This document shows, piece by piece, positions 18,833-31,913 of a stretch of DNA of 64,000 bases. Source of the stretch: Syntrophales bacterium. Its GTDB lineage: Bacteria; Desulfobacterota; Syntrophia; Syntrophales; PHBD01. Within the stretch, counting starts at the first letter, position 1. Each line of letters begins with the position of its first letter. The notes under the pieces were generated by a model. The model searched no databases. It was not told where the DNA came from and worked only from the letters and a program-made list of their open reading frames with translations. The translations under genes were made by a program, and so were the position numbers. The stretch is from NCBI GenBank assembly GCA_963668175.1, contig OY764159.1:1952001-2016000 (forward strand). The letters run 5' to 3'.

Positions 18833-19513
18833 TTAAACCGGGATGCCATCCCGCTCCAGCGTGTAAATATTCACGGGATTGTTCTTCACGGAGATGGCGT
18901 CGACGCCGCTCAGCTTCGCCGGCTTGCGCAGTTGCTCCCTCGTGAATTCCGAAAGAAGGATCTCCGTTCCATACCGGCCGTTGAACCCCGCCAGGCGTGA
19001 GGCCAGGTTGACCGCGTCGCCCAGGATCGTGTACTGGAAGCGGGTCGGTGTGCCGAAGTTGCCCAGCATTACCCTGCCGCTGTTGATGCCGATCGCCACG
19101 TCGAGGGGCGGGATGCCCTTGGCCTGCCATTTCCTGGACAGGTTCCTGCCCCGCTCGACGGCGTCCATGGCGCAGGCGCACGCATTGTCGGCATGGTCGG
19201 TTTCGTCGCGGGCGCCCCAGAACGCCACCATCGTGTCCCCGATGCCGATGGTGCGGTCGACAATGCCCTTGCGGCTTTCGATCGTGGCGGTCATGACGGT
19301 GAGGTACTCGGTCAGAATATGGACCAGCATCTCCGGCGGCAAGCGTTCGGCGATCTCGGCGAAGCCGCCGATGCGCTGGAAGTAGACCGTCATCTTCTTC
19401 ACCTGGCCGCCGAGGTGCAGGGCGTCTTCGCCGTGTTGCAGCACCCTCTCGAGGACGTGTTCGCCGTTGTAGGCCGCCAGCGCTTTCTTCAGAAGCTTAT
19501 CCTTGAACAGCAC
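18833..19513 (-). CDS. Stand-alone class III nucleotidyl cyclase domain protein (degenerate)
   Basis: IGINSG, GNFG, YTILGDAVNLASRL; the first metal-binding motif is altered (VYFQRIGGF). Confidence 0.85.
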   Translation of the reverse strand: MLFKDKLLKKALAAYNGEHVLERVLQHGEDALHLGGQVKKMTVYFQRIGGFAEIAERLPPEMLVHILTEYLTVMTATIESRKGIVDRTIGIGDTMVAFWGARDETDHADNACACAMDAVERGRNLSRKWQAKGIPPLDVAIGINSGRVMLGNFGTPTRFQYTILGDAVNLASRLAGFNGRYGTEILLSEFTREQLRKPAKLSGVDAISVKNNPVNIYTLERDGIPV

Positions 19514-19692
19514 GGTGATCCCCCCTTGACGGAATGAAGATACACTATCGCCGCCGCCGATTCAAAGGTTAAATTGCCGGGAGCCGGCCCGACGGCCGGT
19601 CCGGAAGGATGTGCGGCAGAGGAAAGACGGGTCTGTCCGCCGACTGCCGGTGCTGCGGCGGAAAGCGAAAATACACGGCGCCGAATCGTCCT

Positions 19693-22104
<2,412 letters not shown>

Positions 22105-22952
22105 GCTTCCTCCCCTTTTACGAACAGCGGCGGACGCCGTCGCCATGAAACTATTGCAGTCGAATCAAGGACCGGATTCAGGGCCTGTTCCGCCCGGATA
22201 CCTCCTGACGTGCGGGGTCACCCGGCTTGATCTCCCCCTGTTACCAAAAATCGTGCCAGATCGGATGCTTACGGGGAAATAAAGCAGTATGCATATAGTA
22301 ATCATATACTTAGATGACTGATTCGCGTATCTCCGCGGCCGGAAAGCGGAATCGCCGGGGCCGCCATTCCCGTCGTTCCGGAGCCCTTTGTCCGGAAAAT
22401 CGGACAAATAAACAGGAATGCCGGACGGTTGGCATGGGTTGTTCCGGCGATAAAGAAGGGAGCAGGCGATGGGTAAGGAATAGGAAGCAGTGGGGTTCGG
22501 GGCCGTCACGTCGAACAGTGGCAGGCAGGGCCGTTCCCGGTCGTTCCATCGTCCGGAAATGCGCCAAGCCTCCCTTACGCGGACTCTTATATGCAAAAGC
22601 TATCGAATTAAGTCTAATGATATATTTTTAATTTTGGGAAGCGGGGATTAGGGTGACGTCCGAGCCAGGGATCATGCCGTCCGGAGGCGAATGGATCGCG
22701 GCGCAACCTTGCGTTGCGCGCGGGCTCGGGCAGGTTGCGAGGGAGCGCCCGGGGCAGGCGGGCAATGAGAGCCGGCCCTTGAGCGAATAGCGCCGCTCCG
22801 GAGGAGAAGGAAGAGGGACGATCGGGTGGCGGTCGAGGGGGTCGTCGCGTTCCTCCCTAGCTTGTCCAAACGGGAGGTTCCCGGAGTGTTCGCACCGAAT
22901 CGGGCCCTCCCGTTTTTCTTCAGAAAAGAACCGTCGTCCGTTTCTTCCCGCC

Positions 22953-23828
22953 TTACGTCTCTTTCAAAAAAGCGATCAGCTCCCGGTTGAACTTCGCGGC
23001 GTCCTGGATGTGCAGGGCGTGGCCGCAGTCCGCGAACGGGACGATCCGGGCCCTGGGTATCATCTCCTTCATGTACTCGTAGTTCTCCGGCGGATAGTAG
23101 TTGCTCTCCAGGCCGTACGTGAGCAGGCAGGGCGCCGTGATGTACGATAGGTAAGGGCGGTAGTCCTGGACGGACATGGATATCCAGAAGGCGATGATGA
23201 CGTGGGGCGTGTTCCTTTTCGCCTCCTCGTAGAGCCAGGGGAGGTCCGCCTTGCCAGGAAAATCGGCCCGGTCGTCGAATTCCATTTTCGCATTCATGAG
23301 GGACCTGTTCAGGATGCGCTGGGCGACGATGCGGCTGTAGGCATCCCAGCTGCCCAGCATGGCGGCCAGGATTCTCAGATTGTCTTCGTGGCCGAAATCC
23401 CCCGCTTGTCCGTTCAAGAGTCCCGGAAGTCCGAAGGACCAGTCGTCGGCCTTCATGATCTTCGGAGCCATATCGATGACGCATATCTTCTCCAGCCTGT
23501 CGCAGGAGAACTGCTTCACGAATTCGAAGATGACGTGCGTCCCCATGGACCAGCCGACGGCGGAGAACGTCCCCACTTCAAGGTAGTCAAGCAGTTCCCT
23601 GATGTCCTGGGCCAGGCGGCCGATCGTCAGGCCGTGCTCCGGGACCTCCGAATCGCCGTGCCCCCTGAGGTCCAGCGTGATGACCCGGAAGTGTTCGGCG
23701 AGTTCCGGCGTCTGCTTCCTGAAATGCCGCCTGTTCGCCGTGAGCCCGTGGATCAGAAGGACCGGTCTGCCTTTCCCCTTCTCTTCGTAATAGAGCCGCA
23801 CATGGTCGTCCGTGACAAAATAGGGCAT
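22953..23828 (-). CDS. Alpha/beta hydrolase (non-haem haloperoxidase/arylesterase-like)
   Basis: LLIHG, DLRGHGDS, GWSMG and CGH motifs. Confidence 0.9.
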   Translation of the reverse strand: MPYFVTDDHVRLYYEEKGKGRPVLLIHGLTANRRHFRKQTPELAEHFRVITLDLRGHGDSEVPEHGLTIGRLAQDIRELLDYLEVGTFSAVGWSMGTHVIFEFVKQFSCDRLEKICVIDMAPKIMKADDWSFGLPGLLNGQAGDFGHEDNLRILAAMLGSWDAYSRIVAQRILNRSLMNAKMEFDDRADFPGKADLPWLYEEAKRNTPHVIIAFWISMSVQDYRPYLSYITAPCLLTYGLESNYYPPENYEYMKEMIPRARIVPFADCGHALHIQDAAKFNRELIAFLKET

Positions 23829-24071
23829 GGTTGTATCCTTTCTTTCAATCAGTCAATGCGGCGGAAAACGGCCCGCCCGGCCTTTTCTCTCCGGGGCGGC
23901 CAAGCCCCGGAATGCCTCACGGATACGGATTTTCCGGCGCCGGTTGCCGGAAGTTCCCGGATTTACATATTTTCACCTATGTTAACTTTATTCCCGCATA
24001 CGCCTCCTATATAACATACCCAGACCGCAAGACAGAAACAGATAATGTTTCGGCACAAAAGGAGGTTCGTT

Positions 24072-24605
24072 ATGAAAAAAATCATCGTTGCGATACTCGC
24101 GGTTCTCGTTGTGTCGCTTTCGGCACCCGGCTTTGCAGGCGGCGGTCCCCCGCCGTTTCCCTGCCCCGAAGAAGGCCGCCAGGCTCCTCCGGGATTCATG
24201 GGCGTCATGGCTCCCCCCGGTTCCGATGTCCCGATGCTTTTGCATCCCGCGCTGGTCCGGCATCTCAACCTGTCTTCCGATCAGAAGGCCAGGATGGCTG
24301 CATTGAAGGATAAGGCTGACAAGGAGGCGAGGGAACTGGCGTACAGACTTGCCCACAGGCGTCTGGAGATGCGCGAGCTTTTCTCCGACCCCCGTGTAAA
24401 GGAGGCCGCCCTTATTGAAAAACAGAAGGAACTGGGCGCCATAGACGGAAAACTGAACGCCGTCAGAGCGCAGGCGGCGATCCGGATGAGGTCGATCCTG
24501 ACGGCCGAACAGATCGCCAAACTGGACCGGCTGGCTCCGCCGCCGCCCCCTCTCCCTTACGATATTCTCGGCTTGGACCCGATGGAAGAACCTTTCGACG
24601 AATAG
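24072..24605 (+). CDS. Spy/CpxP/ZraP-family periplasmic protein
   Basis: Signal peptide; LNLSSDQ and ILTAEQ (LTxxQ) motifs. Confidence 0.85.
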   Translation: MKKIIVAILAVLVVSLSAPGFAGGGPPPFPCPEEGRQAPPGFMGVMAPPGSDVPMLLHPALVRHLNLSSDQKARMAALKDKADKEARELAYRLAHRRLEMRELFSDPRVKEAALIEKQKELGAIDGKLNAVRAQAAIRMRSILTAEQIAKLDRLAPPPPPLPYDILGLDPMEEPFDE

Positions 24606-25077
24606 GGGATACCCCGATCCGGCCCTTTCGACGAAGGAGCGGGACGGCGGCGGCAGTCACGCGCCGCCGCCCTGCTCCGCATTTTTCCCCCTTTTCCCTG
24701 AAATGACAAACCGTGTATGTTTTTATACGGGCTCTGCGCCTGCGGAGGGATTTTCTTTGTCTTGAGTCAGTCCCCATGCGGTCATTTTCTGTAGGAAAGA
24801 GTGATAAAATACAATGCATTACTGGATTTTCTGTGCGCAGTGTGGTAGTCAGTTACGCAGGAAAGGCCGGTGAATGACTCCATGCTGGAAAAACTGCTGA
24901 AACGCCGATGCGATCCGGTTCGTGAAACCCCGCTTCTGTTTTATAGAGAGGAGGGGTTTTTTTTCGGCTGAAAGCGTATGCCCCGCCTCGCCGGGCGGGA
25001 TCGTGACATTTCGGCTCCGGGAACGGACGACGCCCCGGGAAGCTGTCGGATTTCATAAGGAGGAGAAACAAGGAAGG

Positions 25078-27261
25078 ATGGAAAAAGACAGGAAAACAGC
25101 GCGCAAAAAGTCGACGGACAGGCAAAAGGAGATGCAGTGGGCGATCGATTCGTTTCAGGTCGCCAACCTCGAAGTTCTGCTGAGGCGGATTCCCATCGTG
25201 ATCGGCAAGGGATTCAAATGTCCCGTCTGCGTCCTCTATCTTCTCGAAAGGGACCATCTCAGGTTCGTTTCATCCGTCGGCCTCGATGCCGGCGTCGCCG
25301 TCGCCGAAAAGATACCCGTGGGCCAAAGCTTTTCCGGGCGGCTCCTTGAGCGCGGGGAGCCGAGACTTTTTGCGGACATCGCGCCGTTCCTCGCGGAAGT
25401 TCCCGACAACCGGGAGCCTTACTTCAACGGGTCCGTTGCGGCGAGTCCCCTCATCTTCAACCAGCAGATCATCGGTCTGATCGTCATCTGCCGGCCCGCT
25501 CCGCTTCCGCCTTTCACCGTCGAGGACCGCGACTGGCTGATCACCTACGCCAACCAGGCCGCCTTCGCCGTCGAGTGCCAGAGGCTCGCCGACAAGCGCA
25601 GCAGCCAGCTGGTGAAGGCCCAGTCCGAGTTGACGAAACTCAACGAGCAGCTCCGCCGGGACATCCTCCGCCGCAAGAAGGCCGAAGATGTGCGGCGGGA
25701 ATCGGAACGAAGGCTCGCCGACATCATCGAGTTCCTGCCCGACGCCACGATCGTCATCGACAGGGACAGCAAGGTCATCGCCTGGAACCGGGCCATGGAG
25801 GTCATGACCGGGGTCCCGAAGGGGGAGATGCTCGGCAGGAACGACAATGCCTACGCGGTGCCCTTTTACGGACACAAGAGGCCCATGCTGATCGACTACG
25901 CCCTCCATCCGGAGCTGAAGATCGGGAACGAATACACCGCCGTCCGGAGAACGGGGGACACGCTGACCGGCGAGTGCTTCGTCTCTTCCATCCCGCCCGG
26001 CGACGTCCACATGTCGGCGACGGCGTCGGTCCTGCGCGACTCCCACGGCGGGATCATCGCCGCCATCGAGTGCATCCGCGACAGCACGGAACGGAGGAAA
26101 CTCGCGGAGCGCCTGAACAGGGCGGAGAAGATGGAAGGCCTGGGCAGGCTGGCGGGCGGCGTGGCCCACGACCTGAACAACGTCCTCGGCGTTCTCGTCG
26201 GGTACTCGGAGCTTCTTGCGGCCAAGCTGCCCGGGGACAGCCCCCTGCGCAAGTATGTCGACAACATCCACCGCTCCAGCATCCGCGGGGCGGCCATCAT
26301 CCAGGATCTCCTCACCCTGGCCCGGCGGGGCGTGACCATCTCGGAAGTGGTCGATCTCAACCGCGTCGTCGCCGACTATTTCCGCACGCCCGAGTTCGAG
26401 AAGCTCCGTTCTTTTCATCCGAACGTGAAGATCGAAACGGACTTCGATCCCGGGCTCCTCAATATCAAGGGCTCGCCCGTCCATCTGGGCAAGACGCTTA
26501 TGAACCTCGTCTCCAACGCGGCCGAGGCGATGTCCGGTCCCGGCGAGATCGCGATCCGCACCGAAAACCGGTACCTGGACCGCCCCCTCCAGGGATTCGA
26601 CGAGATGAAGGAAGGGGAGTACGTGGTCCTTACCGTATCCGACACGGGAAGCGGGATATCCGAACAGGATATCGGGAAGATCTTCGAGCCCTTCTACACG
26701 AAAAAGGTCATGGGACGGAGCGGCACGGGCCTCGGGCTGGCCGTCGTCTGGGGGACGGTGAAGGACCACAACGGCTGCATCGACGTCCGGAGCGAGGAAG
26801 GGAAGGGGAGCACGTTTACCCTCTATTTCCCCGCCACGAGAGAGAGGCTGCCCGCGGCCAGGGAACCGGCGTCGATGGCCTCCTATATGGGCAAGGGCGA
26901 GGCGATCCTGGTCGTGGACGACGTCGATGCCCAGAGGGATCTCGCCCTCACGATGCTGGAGACGCTGGGGTACCGTGTGGATGCCGTGGACTGCGGCGAA
27001 GCGGCGATCGACTACCTGAAGGAGAACAAGGCCGACCTCGTGGTTCTCGATATGATCATGGACCCCGGGATGGACGGCCTGGAGACCTACCGGAGGATTA
27101 TCGAGATCGTCCCCGGCCAGAAGGCGGTGGTCGTGAGCGGATACGCCGAAACGGAAAGGGTCAGGCAGGCGGGGAAGCTCGGGGCCGGCCCCTTCGTGAA
27201 GAAGCCTTACAGCCTGGAGACGATCGGTCTCGCCCTGAGACACGAGCTGGACCGGGAATGA
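25078..27261 (+). CDS. Hybrid histidine kinase (GAF-PAS-HisKA-HATPase-REC)
   Basis: AGGVAHDLNN, SDTGSGI, FEPFYTKK, GTGLGL and a REC domain; start uncertain. Confidence 0.92.
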   Translation: MEKDRKTARKKSTDRQKEMQWAIDSFQVANLEVLLRRIPIVIGKGFKCPVCVLYLLERDHLRFVSSVGLDAGVAVAEKIPVGQSFSGRLLERGEPRLFADIAPFLAEVPDNREPYFNGSVAASPLIFNQQIIGLIVICRPAPLPPFTVEDRDWLITYANQAAFAVECQRLADKRSSQLVKAQSELTKLNEQLRRDILRRKKAEDVRRESERRLADIIEFLPDATIVIDRDSKVIAWNRAMEVMTGVPKGEMLGRNDNAYAVPFYGHKRPMLIDYALHPELKIGNEYTAVRRTGDTLTGECFVSSIPPGDVHMSATASVLRDSHGGIIAAIECIRDSTERRKLAERLNRAEKMEGLGRLAGGVAHDLNNVLGVLVGYSELLAAKLPGDSPLRKYVDNIHRSSIRGAAIIQDLLTLARRGVTISEVVDLNRVVADYFRTPEFEKLRSFHPNVKIETDFDPGLLNIKGSPVHLGKTLMNLVSNAAEAMSGPGEIAIRTENRYLDRPLQGFDEMKEGEYVVLTVSDTGSGISEQDIGKIFEPFYTKKVMGRSGTGLGLAVVWGTVKDHNGCIDVRSEEGKGSTFTLYFPATRERLPAAREPASMASYMGKGEAILVVDDVDAQRDLALTMLETLGYRVDAVDCGEAAIDYLKENKADLVVLDMIMDPGMDGLETYRRIIEIVPGQKAVVVSGYAETERVRQAGKLGAGPFVKKPYSLETIGLALRHELDRE

Positions 27262-27362
27262 AGCGCCGTCCCTCCGCGGCGGGCGGCCGCTGCCTGATGC
27301 GCGTTCGATGCCTCAGCCGGGAAGATGCGCCGTTGCGGTGAAGACGAACCGCGTAAGGTCCC

Positions 27363-27563
27363 TCACCTGGGCTGGGCCGGAGTGAATGCGTCGCAGGGGC
27401 TGTCGTTGCGGCAGTATTTATCGAAGATGCATTCCATCTCGCAGGCGTTCATGAGCTTGCGCACCTCATCCGCAGTATTGCCGATGAAAGAGGCGCATTG
27501 GGCGCATTGTTCTTCGTAACGGTCGAATGCCTCCGTCAACGTCGGTACCTCCCTCCATCTCAT
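27363..27563 (-). CDS. Small Cys-rich hypothetical protein
   Basis: CAQC...CEMEC...C...C; GGAGG precedes an alternative TTG start at 27539. Confidence 0.5.
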   Translation of the reverse strand: MRWREVPTLTEAFDRYEEQCAQCASFIGNTADEVRKLMNACEMECIFDKYCRNDSPCDAFTPAQPR

Positions 27564-27701
27564 GCGCGGCGGCCGGACCCGGGTAAGCGATCCTGCCGTT
27601 TCGTTCCATACGTCAAGCCTGGTTGCCGGTATGATTAGAGAAACGGCGGGATCGTGTCAATATAGAAAGACTATTCATAAAAGGAGTAGAAATTCTCTAC
27701 C

Positions 27702-29507
27702 CTAGGCCAGCGTCAGCAGGTGCGACTGCAGGTTGATGCCTCTGTTGCGCAGGTCGAGCTTGCGTCTCAGATTGTTCCGGTGCGTCTTCACCGTGCCCAG
27801 GGCGATATTCAGGATCGACGCCATCTCCTGCGACGATTTGCCATGCCTTACCATTTCGGCGACCTGGATCTCCTGCGGCGTCAGTTTCTGATACGAGGCG
27901 GCCAGGTTCTGCATGAAAGGCGAGACGATGTTCTGCAGGTTCGATTCGAGCATGTCCAGGTACGTCGCGCATTGCTTCCCCGGGTTGTGCTGCCGGAGTT
28001 TCCTCACATAGGGGATGACGAATTCGTTGACGTTGTAAATGAGCTTCTCCTCGATCTTCTTCTGATCCTCGGCGTGGCGTTTGAAGAAGAACCGAAGTGC
28101 CGTGTTGGCCTCTTCCAGCTCCAGCGCCCTCTGGTGCATGGCCTCTTCGTGCTCCTTCAGGTCTTCCTCGGCGATTTTCCGCTCCGTGATGTCGTGGGTG
28201 ATGACGGAGACATGCGTCGTCTCCCCGCCCGTCTGCGAATAGGGGTAATAGCCGATGACGAAGTAGCGGCGACCCAGGCGGGGAAAAACGATCCAGTCTT
28301 CATCCCTCACCGTTTCCCCGCTCAAGCAGCGGTCCATCTTGGGTTTGATGAAGGCGGTGAAACGCCGGCGGCCCCACATCGCCGCCATGGAGCGGCCGAC
28401 GATCTCCTCGCGCGCCTTCCCCACGGCCCGGCAGTAGGCCTCGTTGACGGCCTCATAGACGTAACTGCGGTTGGCGAGGGTCATCATCTCCCGGGCGCTG
28501 TTCACGACGAAGGCCATCTTCTTCAGGCTCTCCGCGATACGCCGGTGCTCCTCGATTTCGGCGGTCAGGGTCCGCGTCCGCTCCGCGACGCGCGCCTCCA
28601 GTTCGACCCTGCTTTTCAACAGGGCCTCCTCCGCCTCCTTGCGGTCCGTGATGTCCTGGAAAGAACCCTCGTAATAGAGTATCTCCCCGCGGGCGTCCCG
28701 CACCGCGCGGGCGTTCATGACGCACCACCTGGTGCTTCCGTCCTGACGGGCGAACGCCGCTTCGTAATCCCGGACGTAGCCCCGCTTTTTCAGGAGACGG
28801 GCCATTTCGCGGCGGTCCTTCGGATTGCGGTAAAGCTGCCGGCCGATGTCGTCGACCGACCGGATCATATCCTCCGGCGATTCGAACCCCATGAGCCTGG
28901 CGGTAAAGGGGTTGACGGCGAGAATCCGCCCTTCCGGCGAGGTGCGCCAGATGCCGATGGGGATTTTTTCGAACATGTCGCGGTATTGTTTTTCCGAAAG
29001 CGTCAGGGCCTCTTCGAGGCGCTTGCGGCCGGTGATGTCGCGGACGACGACCAGGAAGATCCTGCCGCCGCCGTACCGGACCGGCGTGAACGAAACCGTG
29101 ACGGCTACGGCGGCGCCGTCCTTTCTTAAGGCCTTCGCCTCCAGGCTGTAACGCCGCCCGGACCTGCCGTAGGCCCGCATCGTCCCGCCCCGCGCCTCCC
29201 TGGAAAGGAGCGCCGCGAATTCTTTTCCGAAAAGCTCTTCCGCCGCGTAGCCGAGAAGCTCTCCCGCTTTCCGGCTCGCGTCTACGATCGTCCCGCCGCG
29301 GTCCGTGACGAAGACGGCGTCGGGGGCCTCGCGGACGATGGCGCGGTATCGCCCGCCGTCTCCGCCGCCGCCTTGATCGCGCCGTGCCGCCTCCTTCTTC
29401 AGTTTCCCGATGGTCCGTTTAAGCTCTTCGATTTTCCCTTCAAGCTGTCCGCTGTCGCCTCGCCGCTGCCGCCCGGTCCTCGCCTCGCTTCCCATCTTGC
29501 CCAACAT
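27702..29507 (-). CDS. Multi-PAS LuxR-type HTH transcriptional regulator
   Basis: Three PAS domains; LTPQEIQVAEMVRHGKSSQEMASILNIALGTVKTHRNNLRRKL. The start may be 29495. Confidence 0.92.
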   Translation of the reverse strand: MLGKMGSEARTGRQRRGDSGQLEGKIEELKRTIGKLKKEAARRDQGGGGDGGRYRAIVREAPDAVFVTDRGGTIVDASRKAGELLGYAAEELFGKEFAALLSREARGGTMRAYGRSGRRYSLEAKALRKDGAAVAVTVSFTPVRYGGGRIFLVVVRDITGRKRLEEALTLSEKQYRDMFEKIPIGIWRTSPEGRILAVNPFTARLMGFESPEDMIRSVDDIGRQLYRNPKDRREMARLLKKRGYVRDYEAAFARQDGSTRWCVMNARAVRDARGEILYYEGSFQDITDRKEAEEALLKSRVELEARVAERTRTLTAEIEEHRRIAESLKKMAFVVNSAREMMTLANRSYVYEAVNEAYCRAVGKAREEIVGRSMAAMWGRRRFTAFIKPKMDRCLSGETVRDEDWIVFPRLGRRYFVIGYYPYSQTGGETTHVSVITHDITERKIAEEDLKEHEEAMHQRALELEEANTALRFFFKRHAEDQKKIEEKLIYNVNEFVIPYVRKLRQHNPGKQCATYLDMLESNLQNIVSPFMQNLAASYQKLTPQEIQVAEMVRHGKSSQEMASILNIALGTVKTHRNNLRRKLDLRNRGINLQSHLLTLA

Positions 29508-29813
29508 CCTCCCCCATGCCGGCTCGAATACAGAAACGCCGTTTCTCCCCCCGGGGGCCTTATACCATTATTGCATGCAGGATCACAGCGATTTGACGGG
29601 CGTATGAGCAGCACATTTTTGTCATACATGCGCTTGCGGGAGCGGGCGCGGCGGTTTAGACCGGGAATATGAAAGGGAAGGGCGGCGGGATACGGCTTGC
29701 CGTTTTTGTCCGGCGGAAATGTCCGGACGGTCGTTTTTCCGGTTATGTCCGACGCCGGGACGAATGGGGTACGGCCCCGTTCCGGCGGCGGACCGCCGGA
29801 ACGGGACACGGCC

Positions 29814-29993
29814 TTATCGGCCTTTTCTTACCTTCTCGATACGGCCGGCGTCCATGCCGAGCCATTCGAGGAAGTTCTGATGCGCCGCGGGATATTCGGC
29901 CTCGAAGAGGCGGTGCCATTTCTCCATGGCCTCGTCCGTAAGCCCGATCTCGCGGAACATGCCGACCCACTGTTCGACTGTCACTCTGTCCAT
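29814..29993 (-). CDS. 59-aa protein resembling the C-terminal domain of certain MerR-family regulators
   Basis: MDRVTVEQWVGMFREIGLTDEAMEKWHRLFEAEYPAAHQNFLEWLGMDAGRIEKVRKGR; RBS AAAGGA; downstream hairpin 29776-29805; absent from the ORF track. Confidence 0.8.
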   Translation of the reverse strand: MDRVTVEQWVGMFREIGLTDEAMEKWHRLFEAEYPAAHQNFLEWLGMDAGRIEKVRKGR

Positions 29994-30437
29994 GTTTTTT
30001 ATCCTTTCGATTTGAGAATTTCCCCATGGCCATGGGCAGCGGACTTCCTAATCTATAAAGCGGTAGACGGGTCAAGGGATTTTTTTCGGGGTGCTAAAAT
30101 TATTTTAACGGCGGCCGGCAAAGGTCGGCCCGAAATGCCTGTTCGCGCCGTCGGCGCATGTACGCCGCAGGCCTACTCCTGCCCGGAGAGGGGACGGGTT
30201 TTGTGCTTCGGCTGGGCAGCGCCCGGAGCGTTTCGCCGCAATTTTCCATTGACCGCACCGAGGGTATCCGCTAGACAAGGCGGGAGGACATTCACAGAGA
30301 CAAACGGAGCTATCGCTGCCGCGCATGCATCCTATCGGCTGCCTGCGGGACGGCTTGGCAGGCGCGACCTGCGGGTTGTTGTCGGACCGCAGACGGCGTC
30401 GTATATTCATTTGCATACAGGAGGACAGAAAGAAGTC

Positions 30438-31028
30438 ATGCTCATTTTCGGAAAGCCCATGGGGGAAAAATATCACACGAGAAGCATCGAGACGGGAACA
30501 TACGATTACGACGAAACACGGTTCGTCACGGAAGGCGTCCTGACGGACCGCCGCTTCAAGGAATTCCATCTGGCCACGGGGGACGTGAAGAAACCCGGCG
30601 TCCTGCACCAGATGGTCGTACGCCTCCTCGTGAACAAGGCCGACCTTGTCATCGAGGACCTGGAGACGGAGATGCGCGCCGTGCCGCGCGAGGAATGCCG
30701 GGACTGCACCCATTGCCTCGACGGCATCAAGGGCGCGCGCGTCGTCGGAGGCTTCACGGCGAAGGTCAAGGAGATCGCCGGGGGCGTCAAGGGATGCAGC
30801 CATCTGGCCGCCCTGCTCACGGCGATGGGACCCGCCGTTATCCAGGGATACGGCGCCTATTGCGACCACAACATCCCCGACTTCGTCCTGGATCATTACG
30901 AGTTCCTCGTGAACACCTGCCGGAACTGGCGCGAGGACAGCCCCATCGTCGCCATGCTGAAAGAAAAGAGAGAGGCCAAACGGAAGGCCGGGGGACAGGG
31001 CGGCGGCGACGGCCGTCCGGAGCGCTGA
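30438..31028 (+). CDS. DUF2889-like protein
   Basis: HTRSI, LHQM, VPREEC, GGVKGCSHL and NTC motifs; RBS AGGAGG. Confidence 0.8.
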   Translation: MLIFGKPMGEKYHTRSIETGTYDYDETRFVTEGVLTDRRFKEFHLATGDVKKPGVLHQMVVRLLVNKADLVIEDLETEMRAVPREECRDCTHCLDGIKGARVVGGFTAKVKEIAGGVKGCSHLAALLTAMGPAVIQGYGAYCDHNIPDFVLDHYEFLVNTCRNWREDSPIVAMLKEKREAKRKAGGQGGGDGRPER

Positions 31029-31123
31029 CGCGGGAGGCCGGCATGAAGGCGGTAATGGCTGCACGGCTGCAATGTGCGGGGCAAGGTGTCCCGGCGGCGG
31101 CCGGCTTTTAACGGGACGGGGGC

Positions 31124-31741
31124 ATGATGGATGCAGGGCGGATAAGGGACAAGTTCGGCTGCGATTATACGGCGGACGATCGTACGTTCAAGATGGGCAT
31201 CGATAGGCGGTTCGCCGCCCATATGGCGGAGCGATTCCGTGGGCGCAATGTGCTGGAGACATGCACGGGCGGTGGTTTCACAACCATCGCCCTGGCACAG
31301 GCTGCGGCGCGGGTGACGACCGTGGAGATCGAGCCGCGCCATCAGGCCCAGGCCAGGGAGAACTTGCATAAGGCCGGCCTTCTTGACGCCGTGGCGCTCG
31401 TTTCCGGCAGTATCCTGGATGCGGAAATCTTGTCCGGGCTGCCGCCTTTCGATGCCGCCTTCCTCGACCCGGACTGGGCCGTGACCGGCCCCGACCACGT
31501 ATACCGATTTATCGGCTCCAACACGCAGCCGCCGGCGGACGTCCTGTTCAGGACGATCCTGGGGCTTACGGAACATATCGCCATGGTGCTGCCGCCGTGC
31601 CTGGGTACACGCGAATTCGCAGGCCTGCCGCCACATGAATGCGAGCGGCTTTACCTGGGGGACAGCCACGAACTCTATTGCCTCTACTTCGGAGACCTGG
31701 CGTCCGGCTTCGCGGAAACCTCTTTTCGCGCGGCGCCGTGA
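31124..31741 (+). CDS. SAM-dependent methyltransferase (Tgs1/RsmD-like)
   Basis: VLETCTGGG motif I, VEIEP, FLDPDW motif IV. Confidence 0.8.
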   Translation: MMDAGRIRDKFGCDYTADDRTFKMGIDRRFAAHMAERFRGRNVLETCTGGGFTTIALAQAAARVTTVEIEPRHQAQARENLHKAGLLDAVALVSGSILDAEILSGLPPFDAAFLDPDWAVTGPDHVYRFIGSNTQPPADVLFRTILGLTEHIAMVLPPCLGTREFAGLPPHECERLYLGDSHELYCLYFGDLASGFAETSFRAAP

Positions 31742-31913
31742 TGCCGCCGGCCGGCGCGGGGCCGAATCCTCCGTTCTTTCGACGGTGCGCGTCTGTGTCG
31801 ATAGAGCGGCGTAAGACGGGTTTATTATGTAACACGGCCATTCCATATACGGTAGCGGGCCGGGCGAGGGGCGTGTCCGGCGGATCTTTCAAAGCACGAT
31901 AACGGAGGTTGCC

